From Chrysochromulina tobinii (lineage: Eukaryota), in the NCBI GenBank assembly GCA_001275005.1, contig JWZX01003408.1:1-38789 (forward strand): a DNA stretch of 38,789 nt, written 5' to 3'. Below are positions 20,383-32,800 of this stretch, piece after piece; positions within the stretch are counted from its first letter, which is position 1; every line of letters starts with the position of its first letter. The position numbers and the translations under genes were made by a program. The notes under the pieces are model-generated. The model made no database searches. It was not told the DNA's origin and saw only the letters and a program-made list of their open reading frames with translations.

Positions 20383-23300
20383 CTAAAAGTCGTAGTTTGG
20401 AGGCGACCACGAACGGCCTTCCATTGTAATGTCCTCGGTCGGAACGTCCTCTTCAATCAGCAAGTCCTGATCATCACGTCGAGAGTTAACATTCGCAGTT
20501 GTGATGGGCGCCTCGGCCTGCAAGGCCCGGAGCTTCTCCTTTGCATCCCAGCTTGCAGCGGCGTTGAGGTAGCGCTGCTTGATGAGATTCAGCTGCGCGT
20601 TTGCCGCTTGAAGTTCCGATCCACGTCCCGTCGTGCGCAGCACCTGCTCCGCGTTGCGCTCGGTGGCCTCGCATTCCTTGCGAAGCTCCTCTAACGCCAA
20701 CTCTTCTTCGCAGAGCACCTTCAGCTCAACCTTCGGCGCCTCCTTAACTGGCGCCTGCGCCGTCACCTGTGCGGCATCCACGCTCTTCTTCTTCTTCTTC
20801 TCGAGTTTTGCTTTGAACTCATCGATTGAGATGCTAAAGGATGTGTCCTCGTCAAAAAAATCAAACAGCTCGTCCATGTCCTGAGGGCTTTTCAGATTTC
20901 TCAAGAATTCGCTGGGCGTCTTGTGGACCAGGTTGATGAAACGAGTTATGGCTTCCTTGAACTCCGGCTTGGAGAGTGTGCCGTTGCTATTCTTGTCCCA
21001 GACCTTGAATTTGGAGACCACCAAATCGCCATTCTGACGCATCAATTTTAGCATCTGTGTGAAGCCTTCAGACCTCTCGCCGCCATGCTGTGCCCTGGCC
21101 TGTGCCCTCTCCGCCGTATGATAGCCGCCGCCGTACGCACGCCCTGGCTTCGGATCTCTCCCGATCGTATGCCCAGGCCCCGACCCTGGACCCGCCTCTT
21201 CCACCGTAGCTTGCTCGACGCCATGCTCGTTGAGTCGGTGAGGAGGGGGACTGGTGGGACTTTTCCGCGAGGGACTCTTCTGCCTGACGCGACGCAACCT
21301 CTTGTCAAGCTCAGAGAAAACGAGCTCTCCATTGCCAAGCCCAGAGCTATCTTGGTCCAATGCCTCGAACAAATCTTCCATGGCTTTGGTCGACAGCTCA
21401 AAGCCCATGGCGGGGAGTGCGACGAAAAACTCCTTCTTACTCACCTTTCCGTCGTTGTTGTAGTCCCAGCACTTGAAGAGCTCACGCGTGTCCGCACGCT
21501 CGCCCTTGGCCGCTTTGAAGTCGATCCAATCTATCATCTGCAAAGTACCGGGAATCGCAATCACCAGGTGTCAGCTATAGAGCGACGCCGCATGTGCACA
21601 GGAGGAGGCGAGGCGCCCCCAGTAGCGCTCGTATGTCACTGGGTTTACACTGGGTTCGACTCAAAATCTGTGCTCACATTTTCCATTGCATTCAGCTCGG
21701 GCTTGAATTTCCAGATTGCTCTCTTCTTCGCCTCTTTGGCAGCTTCAGCCTCCGCTTCTGCCTTGGCGTTTGCTGCGGCCGCTTCAGCTGCGGCAACCGC
21801 AGATGCCGCAGCAGCTTGAGCAGCAGCTTGAGCCGCGGCTTCCAATCGGGCCTTCTCCTGCACTTCGAACGCCGCCAGCGCTTCCTTCACCGCCTTCTCA
21901 CGAGCCTCCTTCAGCGCACATGCCTTTTCTTGTGCCTCCTTCTGTGCCTCTTTCGCCGTTTTCTTGGACTCTTCCTCGGCTTGTTGGGCTTGGAGTTCTT
22001 CGTCGATTGTTACGTCGATGGTCGGCCGTTCCCACGACACAGCTCCGTCTTCCGACGTAAAGTACCACCGTTTCGACTTCTTGTCATAATTCTCCGTCCA
22101 ACCAATGGGTAGGGCAACCTTTGCTGCTTGCAGCTTCTCGGCCTGCTTCCTGCCTTGCTTCTTTCGCTTCGCTGCGCCGTGCCAAGCTTTCATGAGGCTG
22201 AACAGCCACACCTGCTGCTTCGTCGGCCGCACCCAAGTCGCCTGGTCTGGGGCCGTCTCGTTCACATAGAATGGTTGGCCACTTGCGGGATCGTACATCT
22301 CGTGCCACCCAGCAGGCAAAGGCTCCAATTGTGGGATGGCCGGGGCCAACCCTGAATCCGTCGGCACCTCCCACGTCTGCCGTCCGTCCTCACTTGCGTA
22401 CCAAAAGCGGTTGTACTCTTCGTACCACACAGCTTGCCAGCCCGCCGGCAGCTTCACATGCTGGTGATGCTCCCGCTCAATTGCGGAAAGCTCCCAGTTC
22501 CAGACGTAGTGCTGCCGCTTGACAGGATCTTGGGGTTGCTCGAGCGCGCGCAGTTGGCGCCTGAGCATTCGCACGGACTGCCATGTCGATGCCGCTGGTA
22601 GGATGTGTTGAGCTCCAAATCCCGGGCGTGGCTTCGCCGAAAAGGCAAGAGCCGCCCAGTCCTTGAAGACCGCTTCGAGCCAATATTCCTTGTGGAGCGG
22701 CAGCCGCGAGACCCTCGTGCTGTCCCAGATGGCAAAGCCCACTCCACAGCCGTAAGCTCGATGCGGCTTGGCTAGCCCCAACGGAACGAGGAGCCAGTTG
22801 TAAGAGGAGGACGTCAGCCTGAGAAGCTTCCGTTCGCATGCCTTTAGTGTTGCAGTGCCTTCCTCCGTGACAGCCTCCACTGCCACATACGTGCGGCTGG
22901 CGTATTCTGACGTATGCTGACGAGACCCGTGTGGTGACTCGTGCGGCTGGCGTGGCCTGGTGCGATGCCTCGACACTGCCTCCGTGAGGAGATGAAGCGC
23001 GACATTAAGCTTGGCTGTGGCGGCTTCGAGTGCGACGATCTTTGCGACGATCGCGACCTTCTGCTCAAGGCGCGCACCGAGGGCAGTTGCATCGAAAGCA
23101 GCAGTAGCAGCAGGCACAGCGGCACTTGCGGCACTTGCGGCACTTGCAGCAACAGTGCCGACAGCGGCGCCAGCAATGGCGGCGGCGATTCCCCGTTTTT
23201 CAGCAGCTTTTTCAGCAGCAATTTGTTCATCAGCTTTTTCATGCCCCGTTGTGACCCATTCGGGGACCCATTCCACCGGGCTGTCCTTCACGGCCGTCTT

Positions 23301-26300
23301 CCTTGCCATGGACCGAGTACCCATTAGAGTACCCATGGAGCGCATCACATGCGCCATTCTTCGAGATTTGCGTGCCAGGACGCTGGCCGTCTTGCGCACG
23401 GCGTTCGCCATCCTCACGTGCTGAGGCGGCTGGGTGAGAGAGGCGATTGCCTGCAAGCCCCTGCTACTTGCATCGAGCACCCGAATCGCGGCACGCGCGA
23501 CCGCAAGTGACAGCTCAGACGCATACGCCTCGACCGTTTCAAAGACGTGCCGGAGGTCATCCTTGGAGGCGGTGCACAGGGCGTTATCGGCTTCGAGGGT
23601 GAGTAGCTCGAGTTTGGGCGCGTACGTAGCCTCCGCGGCTTTCATGAAGCTCGGTGTGGCGTACGGTCGACTGTGCTCCATGACATTGAGCAGCTCCTTA
23701 GGCGAGATGCGGTCGATAGAGCAGTCGTATACGGCCGCCTGCAGCTTCGCATTTACGGCGTCAGCTTGCTTCCACTTCTCCGTTAAGTGCTCCATCAGCG
23801 TGAGCGAGGCGCGGCCAGCGTAGCGGCAGAGTACCGCATGCGCCTCATGCACCTCGAAGATGGCCTCCGGAGACATCTCGATCTGAAGCTCGCGATCAGC
23901 CTCGGCCTCGAGCTGCGCCTGCACACTCGCGGCCTCCACCACCACAGATTCACTAGCCTCGTCGCGGTGATCTGCGATGGCCTTGCGGATCCGTTTGACG
24001 TCGCCTTCCTTTGGCCCCTTGAGAGCCTCTATAATTGCACGATCTGCTATGTCGAGCTTATGCAAGCGCTCAAGCGCCCCGCTCACCACCTCCGCGGAGG
24101 CTGTTGACCCATGAGTACCAATAGCAGCATCTAGTGCTGCTCGATCTGCCCGCGGCGCGTCCTGCAAGGCACAGTTCGAAGTAAACTTCTCGAACCACTG
24201 GCGGAGCACTTCCTCCGCGAGGAGCAGCACGCTGGGGCTCGCTGATGGCTGATGCCTCGCAATGATCTCTTGGAGGTCACGCAGAGTGTCCTCGTAGAAT
24301 CGGCGACTGACCACATCTGGATCGCGCTCCATCGCCTCATACAACGACGAGTCGGATGCCTCTAGAGAGCGCAGCCGCTCCGCCACCTCCTTGAGCGCCG
24401 GCTGGGTCGGGCCTTTCCGATGGGCTTCCAAAATGATGGCGAGCTCCGTGGCCTCCTTGACAGGCGCCGCCGCCTTTCGCAGCGCGGCATCGGCAGCAGC
24501 CTCGAGTTGCGCAAGCTTCGCGACTGCGTGCTGCAGCAAAGCCGGGCTTGCTTGCTCGCCGTGTTCTGGGATGGCCTGGCGAAGCAACGAGATGCTTTGG
24601 GCAGGGCATGCCTGTGGCATGCCCGCCTGCTCAAGGGCGGCGTCGGCCACTTGAATGGCAAGTAAACGCTCCTTTGCGTTGTCCAGCATTTCTTTGCTCG
24701 CTGCGGCAGCGTGCATTTTGATGGCAGTGCGCAGCGTCTGCTGATCAGCCGGGGCGGAGCGCAATCCAAAGTCTGCCTCAAGCTTCGCGAGCAGCGAAAC
24801 AGAGATGTCGACGAGCTTACGGCTTGCGGCGAGCAGGTGCTCACGCAATGCTCGTTTGAGTCCATCCACCTCACCCGCTTGAATTGCCACTCGCAGCGCC
24901 GCGTCTGCTGCGTCGAACCTCTCACTCAAGCAAAGCATCTGTGCCATCACATCGTCCGAGGCGCTGTTGCGGTACTTTTCGCAGAGGTGGTGCGCCGTTG
25001 CGGCATCATCCACCTTGCCCATCTCCTCTTTGAGCGCTGCGTCCGCCTCGGCTACTAGACGATGGACAGTTGCCCAAGCGTCCGAAGTCACTCCTGGGCT
25101 AGCTCGATCGCCAACCTGCTCGATGGCCGTGTACAGTGCCTTGACGTCAGCCGCCTCCATCTTGATCAGCAGCCGCGCATCCGCTTGGACGATTGCCTCC
25201 ATCCGGCCACGAGCCTCGGCCAGCACGTCAGCGCTTGCATGGGCCGAATGCTCCGCTAGCACGGCCTGCAGCGCCGCTCGATCATTCGGAGCATCTCGCA
25301 GTGCGCGATTGTCCGCGTCGGATGTCAGCCACTGCAAGAGCGTAACTTCCGCCTGCGCATGTAAGCTTGGGCTCGCGCTCTCCCGCTGTTCCTCCACGGC
25401 GATGCACAGGACTTTGATGGCCTCTGGCGAGTAGCCTGGATTCATGGCTTCAATGAGAGTCGCATCTGCCTCCTCGATGACTTCGAGCCGCTGCTGCACT
25501 TGCTCGAGCAAGCTGGGGGCCGCGCGCCCCCAAAATTCATCCCTTGCCGCCCGCAGCTCCGTCGCATCGACCACGGTGGGGGCCAAAAGGTGTGGCAATA
25601 GGCCGCTCAGATCCTCGTCCGCCTTCCACCGATTGAAGACGAGATCGAGGACCGCGTGGCAGCGGCGTTCGATCAACTTGGGGTTAGGCCAGCGACGCGT
25701 TTCGAGTTTCGAGTGCATACATGTGCACTGCGGTGCCGTCTCCACATCCCAAGAGTCGCCTCCGCACAAGTAGACCTCAAAGGCGCCTAGGCGGCTGCCG
25801 ATGGCGTATGAGCCGACGGAGTCGACTGAAGAGTCGGCTGGAGCGGTGGCCTGCACCAGCACCTCGATACTGTGCTCGCTCGTGTGCGGCGAGACCACCG
25901 AGCCGCTCAAGTCTGCGCGCAGTCGCTCGAGGTAGGCATTATACTTGGCCGTGTCGTGCTCCGGCAGCGACAGTTGGCTCTTTCTCGTCGAGCTCGAGCA
26001 GCAGGTCTCGATGAGCAACAGGACGCGCGCTTGCTTCCCGGAGGACGAGCTTGGCAACTGCTGCTCGTTCAGGATGCGCGATGCACGGTGTGCCATCAAC
26101 TTCTCCAGGCGGCGAGATGCCTGGCCTTCTCTTAGAAAGTGGATTGAGCCCGGCAGCGCGGTGTGCATCGGAGCCTCACGATGGGTGGACAATGCTGGGG
26201 TCTCGTGTAGCGCTCTGGGACGAGGTGCGGGCGGCGCTGAGCGGCCGGCCACAGGCGGTGTTGGCGCCGTGCGGTGAGCAGGTACTCGATGCGATTGTGA

Positions 26301-26450
26301 GGTACCTGGCAATGGCAGTGCCATACGATACGGTGTCGCAAGAGCGCCTGAAGCTCGAGAGGCGATTTCGATTCGTTCAGCTCCCAATGGTGGTGTGAGG
26401 CGTCCATAAAGTGAGTATACGTGTTCGCTGCCGCCGAGCGCTTGCGGCAT
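20383..26450 (-). CDS. Large multidomain protein (Rdx/SelW-like domain, Ala-rich helical region, 3 WW, 4 EF-hands); exons 26450-21678 and 21537-20383
   Basis: WW motifs LPAGWQ...WEVP, LPAGWHE...WVRP, LPIGWTE...WERP. EF loops DYNNDGKVSKKE, DKNSNGTLSKPE, DEDTSFSISIDE and a variant DQDSSGLGNGELVFSE. Phase-0 intron 21538-21677 (AAT|GTGAGC...TTGCAG|ATG) joins the two ORFs; first ATG at 26450. Confidence 0.75.
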
Positions 26451-26875
26451 CGATATGGTACGATATTGGGTGGAGACGGGTGGAGAGACGGCTGGCGACG
26501 GCCGGAGCCGCGACGCTTGGCCCTCCTTGGACGCCTCTAGATGCGGATACCGCACGGGCGCTGCCAGGCCCGCTGTGTGCTACTTGGAGCTCAAAATAAA
26601 CAGACGGAACTTCTGATCATGAACCGCAAAGAACCTGTTTTAGAATCTGTGCATGCAAATTTACCGAAACGGCCGTTCAATATGGTTGGCACTAAATGAG
26701 AGACTGTCAGTGGACAAGAGATACTATAATTACCGTTTACATTCTAAGGCCAATGCGGACGCGCGCTCGCGCCGTCTTTATTTTCGCCTTCCATGCGGAT
26801 TGTGCGCTTCTTCATGATTGTATATCGTGTATATCAGTGCTCTCGTTATACGGCACACCGTCTCTGGTGTTGGCC

Positions 26876-29800
26876 TTAAGCCGCGCCCTCGGCCTCGCCC
26901 TCTTCTTCGCTTCCCATAGCAAAGGCCTGTCCAGGAGTCGAATCGGTCATACCGGTGGTGACAGTAAGTAGAGCTGTCTCGACGGTCTGGACAACCTGTG
27001 TGATGGTCTTGCGTGTGCGCCGCTGGGTACGCGTCATGCCATCCCACGCGTTGATCATGTTATGTATGTTGCGCTGTGCGGAATTGTAAGCCTCCACCTG
27101 CTGGTTGAGGCGCGAAAACTCGATGAACGACTTGGCTACGCTCGCAACTCCGATAGTCAGCGCCACGTAGGGCACGTAGATGGGACCGATGCTAACCAGG
27201 ACGGCGCCCGACGACTGAAAGATGAACGTGAAGATTTCGAGGCATTGCAGCTCAAAGGCGCGCCAGGGTGCCGTGCGCATCATGTAGGTGCAAATCGGAC
27301 GCGCTCTGTACATCATGTAGTCGTCGATTGACATAGCGGTCATCAGATCATCGCGAATCTTGGGAAGCCGTTCGCCGCCGCCATCATCGGAGGCTCGGCC
27401 GCCACCGCCGCCGCCGCCGCCGCCGCTGCCCCCCTCTTCGGCTTCGATGAACGAGGTGTCGAGCCGCTCGGTGCGCCCGCCCGCTACCTGCTCGGGCATC
27501 TCCTCCTCTTTCACCGGCGATCCCGTCATTGCTGAAGATACTTCGGTGACGATACCTCGGAGCCGATCCCCACGGGCCTTGAGATCACGGATGAGCCGCA
27601 TCTCGAGGCTTGTGCGCGTCTCGCTCGATTCCCGCGCCTCCGAAGCCGAATTTCCGTTGGTAGCGCGTTGCTGCTTAACGAACTTGTTCATGCGGCTCGG
27701 CGAGCATAGCAGTGCAGCACCGCGCCCAATAGCAAACACGAACCGGACGGCGGCAATGAGCACAGTGATCACTACGGCGGTAAGCAGGGAGAGCTTATTG
27801 GAAGCTTTGCGTCTGGCATCTCTCAAACGGCTTCCTCTCCTTTCTTCAACAGCGTACGCCTTCCTCTTTACTTCCTCGGCAGTAAGCGCCCACTCGCGCA
27901 CAGTGATGAAGTAGAGCTTGTTGCACACGTGCTGCTGCAGCTGGTTCATGATGCTCCCCTGCCCCTCCTCGTCCGCATCGACGACCAGCTGTGACGGATC
28001 CATTCCATTTGTCTTGTGCGAGGCTGAGGTGCCCTTGCTCATCTCTGAGGTCAAGCTGTGCGAGTAGATCGCCTGAACGCGTTCCACGAAAACTTTGCGA
28101 GCCAGCTTGTTCTTCTCCTTGGCGGGGATGGGCATGGCGAGCCCCTCCTCGCCCTTTTTCTTCTTCGCGTCGGCAGGTCCCTCTTGCGCAGCCTTGAGGG
28201 CCGCCGCGAGTGCGAGGCCATCGTACTCCAACGAGCGCGTGCGGTACTTGTAGATCTCGGAGACGATTTCCATGCTTGCCATACGGGACACAGAGTACTT
28301 TTGGGGCTGCCGCAGACGGGTCGAGATGGTGCCAAGCAGCGCCACCGTGATGGGGAGCCCTTGCATCAAGAAGCTAAGAAACTCGTTGGACTGCAGCGAG
28401 GCGTAACTGGACGTGATGATCGAGAGCAGCACGGTGAATTGCGATAAAAAGTAGAGCACGAACTGCATCGTCCAAGATCGCTTGCAGTACATGCACGAAT
28501 TGTTGAAGAGAATGAGGTGGCGGTTCCACGCAGTAGCCACCACCTTGGTTTCCGCATTGCCCAGGCCGAGCTCCGGTATGCCACCCGCGCCACCCGAGAA
28601 GCACGCAGTGAACAGGTCAAGCAGCGCCTCTGCAGAAAAGCGCATCACGTCCGCGGAGACGATTGACTTGAGCAGAAAGTCGGGCGAGCGTTGCCACGTC
28701 TCGAAGAGCAGCATCACCTCGGGCAGCCCGAAGTTGCGCATCCACGGCTCCTGGTACTCGCCGGACGAGAGGATCAGGTCCATACGCACAAGCTCCTTGT
28801 CGAGCAGGTGGACGTTGTCGAGCGCGTAAGGGCGCGCTGAGGTTGGCAGCTTGTCCTTGCGCTGGTTCGTGGCCACGCGCTGCTTGTATTCGGTGACGAG
28901 CCGCAACACAAAGTCGAGGGGCCATTTGGACTTCATCATCTTGACCGCTTTGACCGCGTGGCTGAAGGCCTGCGTCACGCCGCCCGTCGACTCGAGCAGG
29001 AGTATCGGCGAGCCGGCCTGCACGCAGTCGATAATCTTCTTGTGCACTTCCGTGCTACCATTGAGGTAGATTGTACCGAGGGTGCCAAGGGTGTCGATCA
29101 CACGCTTACCCTTCACCTCAACGTCGTCAAAGACGATGTAGTGCGTCCCGCTCGCAAAGAGCTGCGCGTTGTAGAAGACCTTCCAAATGCGGTCGAGCCG
29201 CGGTCGGCCATCGGGCCGCAGGTCATCCGAGCACTGAAAGTCTGAGAAGATATTCGTCACCAGCCTGCACATGTCCAGGTGTCGGCTGTGGCTGTTAATG
29301 AGCTCGATGGTCCCTGCGAGCTCGGCCTGGGACGCACGCAGCCATGCGAGCCCCGCAGGCGTCACGAGCCGGCGCAGGTCGCACCTGGGGGAGGCGTAGT
29401 CGGTCGAGGTGAGCTTGAACTCGGTGAGGCGCTGCTCCTCCACCTGTACCTTGTCAAGCCCGCGCGGCCGCGGCTTGTACTTCTCCTCCTGATCGACGAG
29501 AAAGCCGCAGTCGATGAGCTGCTGCAACATCACGTTGGCAGTTTCGAGGCGCGCACGCGCGTCCATCACGAGCACGGTTGAGTTGGAGCCGTTGGCACGT
29601 AGTGCGACCTCGAGGAGTAGCTCGGCCGTCGCCGACGGGTTGTGGATGCGGTCGATGACCAGGAATGAGTCCGAATAGTTAGCATAGTCGACTAGGACAG
29701 TGAAGACGTTCTTCAGCCGCTGGAAGAGGATCTTCGACACGAGCGGGATGTCGAGCATCGCAGCATTGTCCTTATCAATGATCGGGTCGGGAGAGTCCCA

Positions 29801-32800
29801 GGGCAGCGGAGGGTCTCTGCCGCGGTTCGGCGCGGGCTGTTTAGGGATCATCTCGTCGGTGGGGACGGGCTCCTTGTCGAGGTAGCGGTCTTTGGTGGCC
29901 ACCCACAGCTCCATGATCTCCTCCTCCTCGAGATCTCGTGGCCAGATCCACGCTTGCGCAATGAGGCCCGCGCCTCGGGTCGTCGTGACCAGCCGGCGGA
30001 TCTGGACGGTGCTTGCGAACTCGGTGCGCACGTTTGTCACCACCTCGCCGCTCTCGGGATCCGCGTTGCGCGCCGTACTGGGTGCCCCTGTCAGGTCGCG
30101 AGACGAGTAGCCGATGCGATAGTTGGAGAAGCTCCCGTCGTTCGTGACGACGAGCAAGCACCACCTGTCGCCGGCTTCGCGTGGGTCGAATTCCGTGGCG
30201 CGGAACTCGCCGTCGACGATCGCGCCAAGGCGGTGGTTTCGTATGAGCGCGGGCATGTTGCGCAAGTCACCAAATAAGAGCAGCTGATCGGCGATCGTCT
30301 CGACGTGGTGCCATTTGATCCAGTAAGCGAAGGTGTACCGCAAGGTGTCTTTCATTGTCCTCGGCAATCTGTGAAGCGCTTCCGAAAAGAACCCGAGTTT
30401 AGCGGCCACCAACTTCTTCTGTTTCGAGGTGAGGGGTAGATCACCATGCCTGCTCTCCTTGCGGCTGCGCTGCTTCTTGCCCTTGGGCTTCTCGAGCTGC
30501 TGCTCCGCGAGCTGCTGATGTTCCGTGTCAGGGTCGGCCTCCGAGGGCGCAACTGAGGGTGCATGCGAGGGCCGGTTGGACGGCGACTGCGACGGCGACG
30601 GCGGACTGCTGCTTTGGGGCGGCGGCTTGGGCTCGTCGCCCGCGTCGGCGGGCTCGAGCTGTACTCTGGCGTCCTCGGGCGGGCTGGGCGGCGGGCTGGC
30701 GGGTCCGCTGCTTGAGGCAGGCCCTCCCGAGTCGGACATGGCAAGTCGGTCGATCAGCTGTGTTGAACGAGCCGTGCTTGCTAAGTCAGGCGGTAGTGGC
30801 GGCGGCTCCTTGTACTGCGGCGAGATCGCGCCAGCACCGAGCCTGTCAGGCAACAGAGCAGCAGGCGCGCGCAGGCTCTGGGGGCGCGGCGACAACCGCG
30901 CAAACTCGACGGGAGACCTCGCCGCCTCCGAACGTGCCCAGTCTCCGGCGACTTCGTACGGAGGCGGCTGGAGCATGGGCGAGGGTGCAGCCGACAGCGG
31001 CAGTGTCATCCCTCCTGCACCCACTGGCGGTGGAATAATCGCTGGTGGCATCATGGACTGCATCATCGGCGGCAGCTGCGTCATCGGCGACGGCTGCATC
31101 ATCGGCGGCGGCTGCATCATCGGCGACGGCTGTATCATCGGCGGCGGCTGCATCATCATCGGCGGCTGCATCATCGGCGACGGCTGCATCATCGGCGGCG
31201 GCTGCATCATCATCGGCGGCTGCATCATCATCGGCGGCGGCATCCTCGGTGGCGGAATCATCGGTCGCTGCGTGGACCCGTCGTACAAACCGGGCGGCAT
31301 CCACGCGGTGTTGCGAGGCAAGTAGGAGTCCGCCGGTATCGGTGCTCTTGCCGCGTCGGTGCCTGGCGTGCTCGTCGCTGGCGCCTTCGATAAGAAGTCT
31401 CCGTGTACCACAGGCACCATGCCCTCCCCCGGCACCAAAATCCGCAGCTCCCGCAAGGACCCGGCCATCATGCCCGATAAGTCGTCGCCCTTATCCTCGT
31501 CATCCATCTCGTCCATGTCAGGTGAGGACACGCCTTTAACTACGTTGCTCGGCGTCGCTGCTTCCTTAGAAACCCCATTTGTGGCTCGGACTCGAGCAAC
31601 GCTTGAGGGGGGTGCTTTGGGTGGCGGCTCGGGCGGATTGATCGCGACGCGAAACATCAGCGTGCCGAGAGCAACCTGCGGCTCGTCCACGTCCATCTCC
31701 TCCGCCTCCTCCACCTCCTCCTCAGAGCTCGCCTCTTCTTTCGCATCGTCGATCCTCGCAGACAGTTGCGTTTTGAACGAAGGCATCACGCGGGGGCTGG
31801 GGTAGCCAAAGCTCATACGCCGGCTGCCGCGAGGATTCGATACCATCGACTGTCGAGTGTTCTCTCGACTCGGCTTGACGAGCTTGCGCGGCACAGGCTC
31901 GGGCTCAGGCTCCTTCTCGGCTCCCATCAGTTCGACCTCGCCCTGTACAGAGAACGAGCCGTGGCTGTCCGCAGTGCCATCGCGCACCAGTTCCTTGAGC
32001 GACACCTTGAACTCGCCGAGTAAGCCCCTTAGCTGACCGCCCTCGCCGCGCATCTCGCTCCCATTCTTGGCAGCGAGGCAGAGCTTGACTCTCACTTGAG
32101 AGCGTTGCGGGTCTTGGTCCTCGAGGATATCGTTGAGCTCGGCGCGCTCGAACGGGCGCCCATCGGTGATAAAGCGCCGGTCGATCGACTGGGCCGAGCG
32201 CCCCTTGAACTTGACGAAGCCAGCCTTCATTGGGAATACCTCCGAGGTGTGCTCGGGTGGATTGTCACCCGGGATGAAGGACTTGAGCAGGACGAGGGCG
32301 TCGCCTTGACTCGCGGACGGCATGAACGCGGCAAGACGCGCGAGGCCGAGCTTGTTGAGGCGCGCGTTAACAATCTCGAGGCGCACCTCACCCTTGGAAA
32401 GCACTGCAGAGGAAAGAGCGTGCTTCTTGCGCTCCTCTAGATCGAGAATCTGCTTACCCATCCTCCCCCAGCGCTTGATGTCCTTGGGGCGAGTCACGCC
32501 GACGAGGAAGCGCGAGCCGCCGGCGAGGAGCGACGACATCATCGGGTTGTTCTCGATGAGCACGGCCGACTGAGACTTCATGCCGCCAAACCATACATCG
32601 TAGTTCTCGCGCAGATTTCCTACAAACTGCGTCTGCGGGGGCATGACGCCGAGAGGCGTGACAGCGGCCGCCACATTCAGATTCCAGAAGAAGATGCCGT
32701 CACGCCCCTTGACGGCTGACTGCTTGCAGAGCGGCTGGTGCGTGACCGCGTCCATTATCCACTCGTTGTTCACTCGGTCCTCCCGGCCGATGAGATCGGC

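Noticed and set aside
25990..26010. Second selenoprotein in the Rdx-like domain
   Set aside because: There is no in-frame TGA at the motif (it reads T-C-C-S-S) and no SECIS was noticed downstream of that gene.
30525..31539. Gly/Cys/Ile-rich and Ala/Ser-rich ORFs on the + strand
   Set aside because: They are reverse-frame readings of the PPMMQ coding minisatellite.
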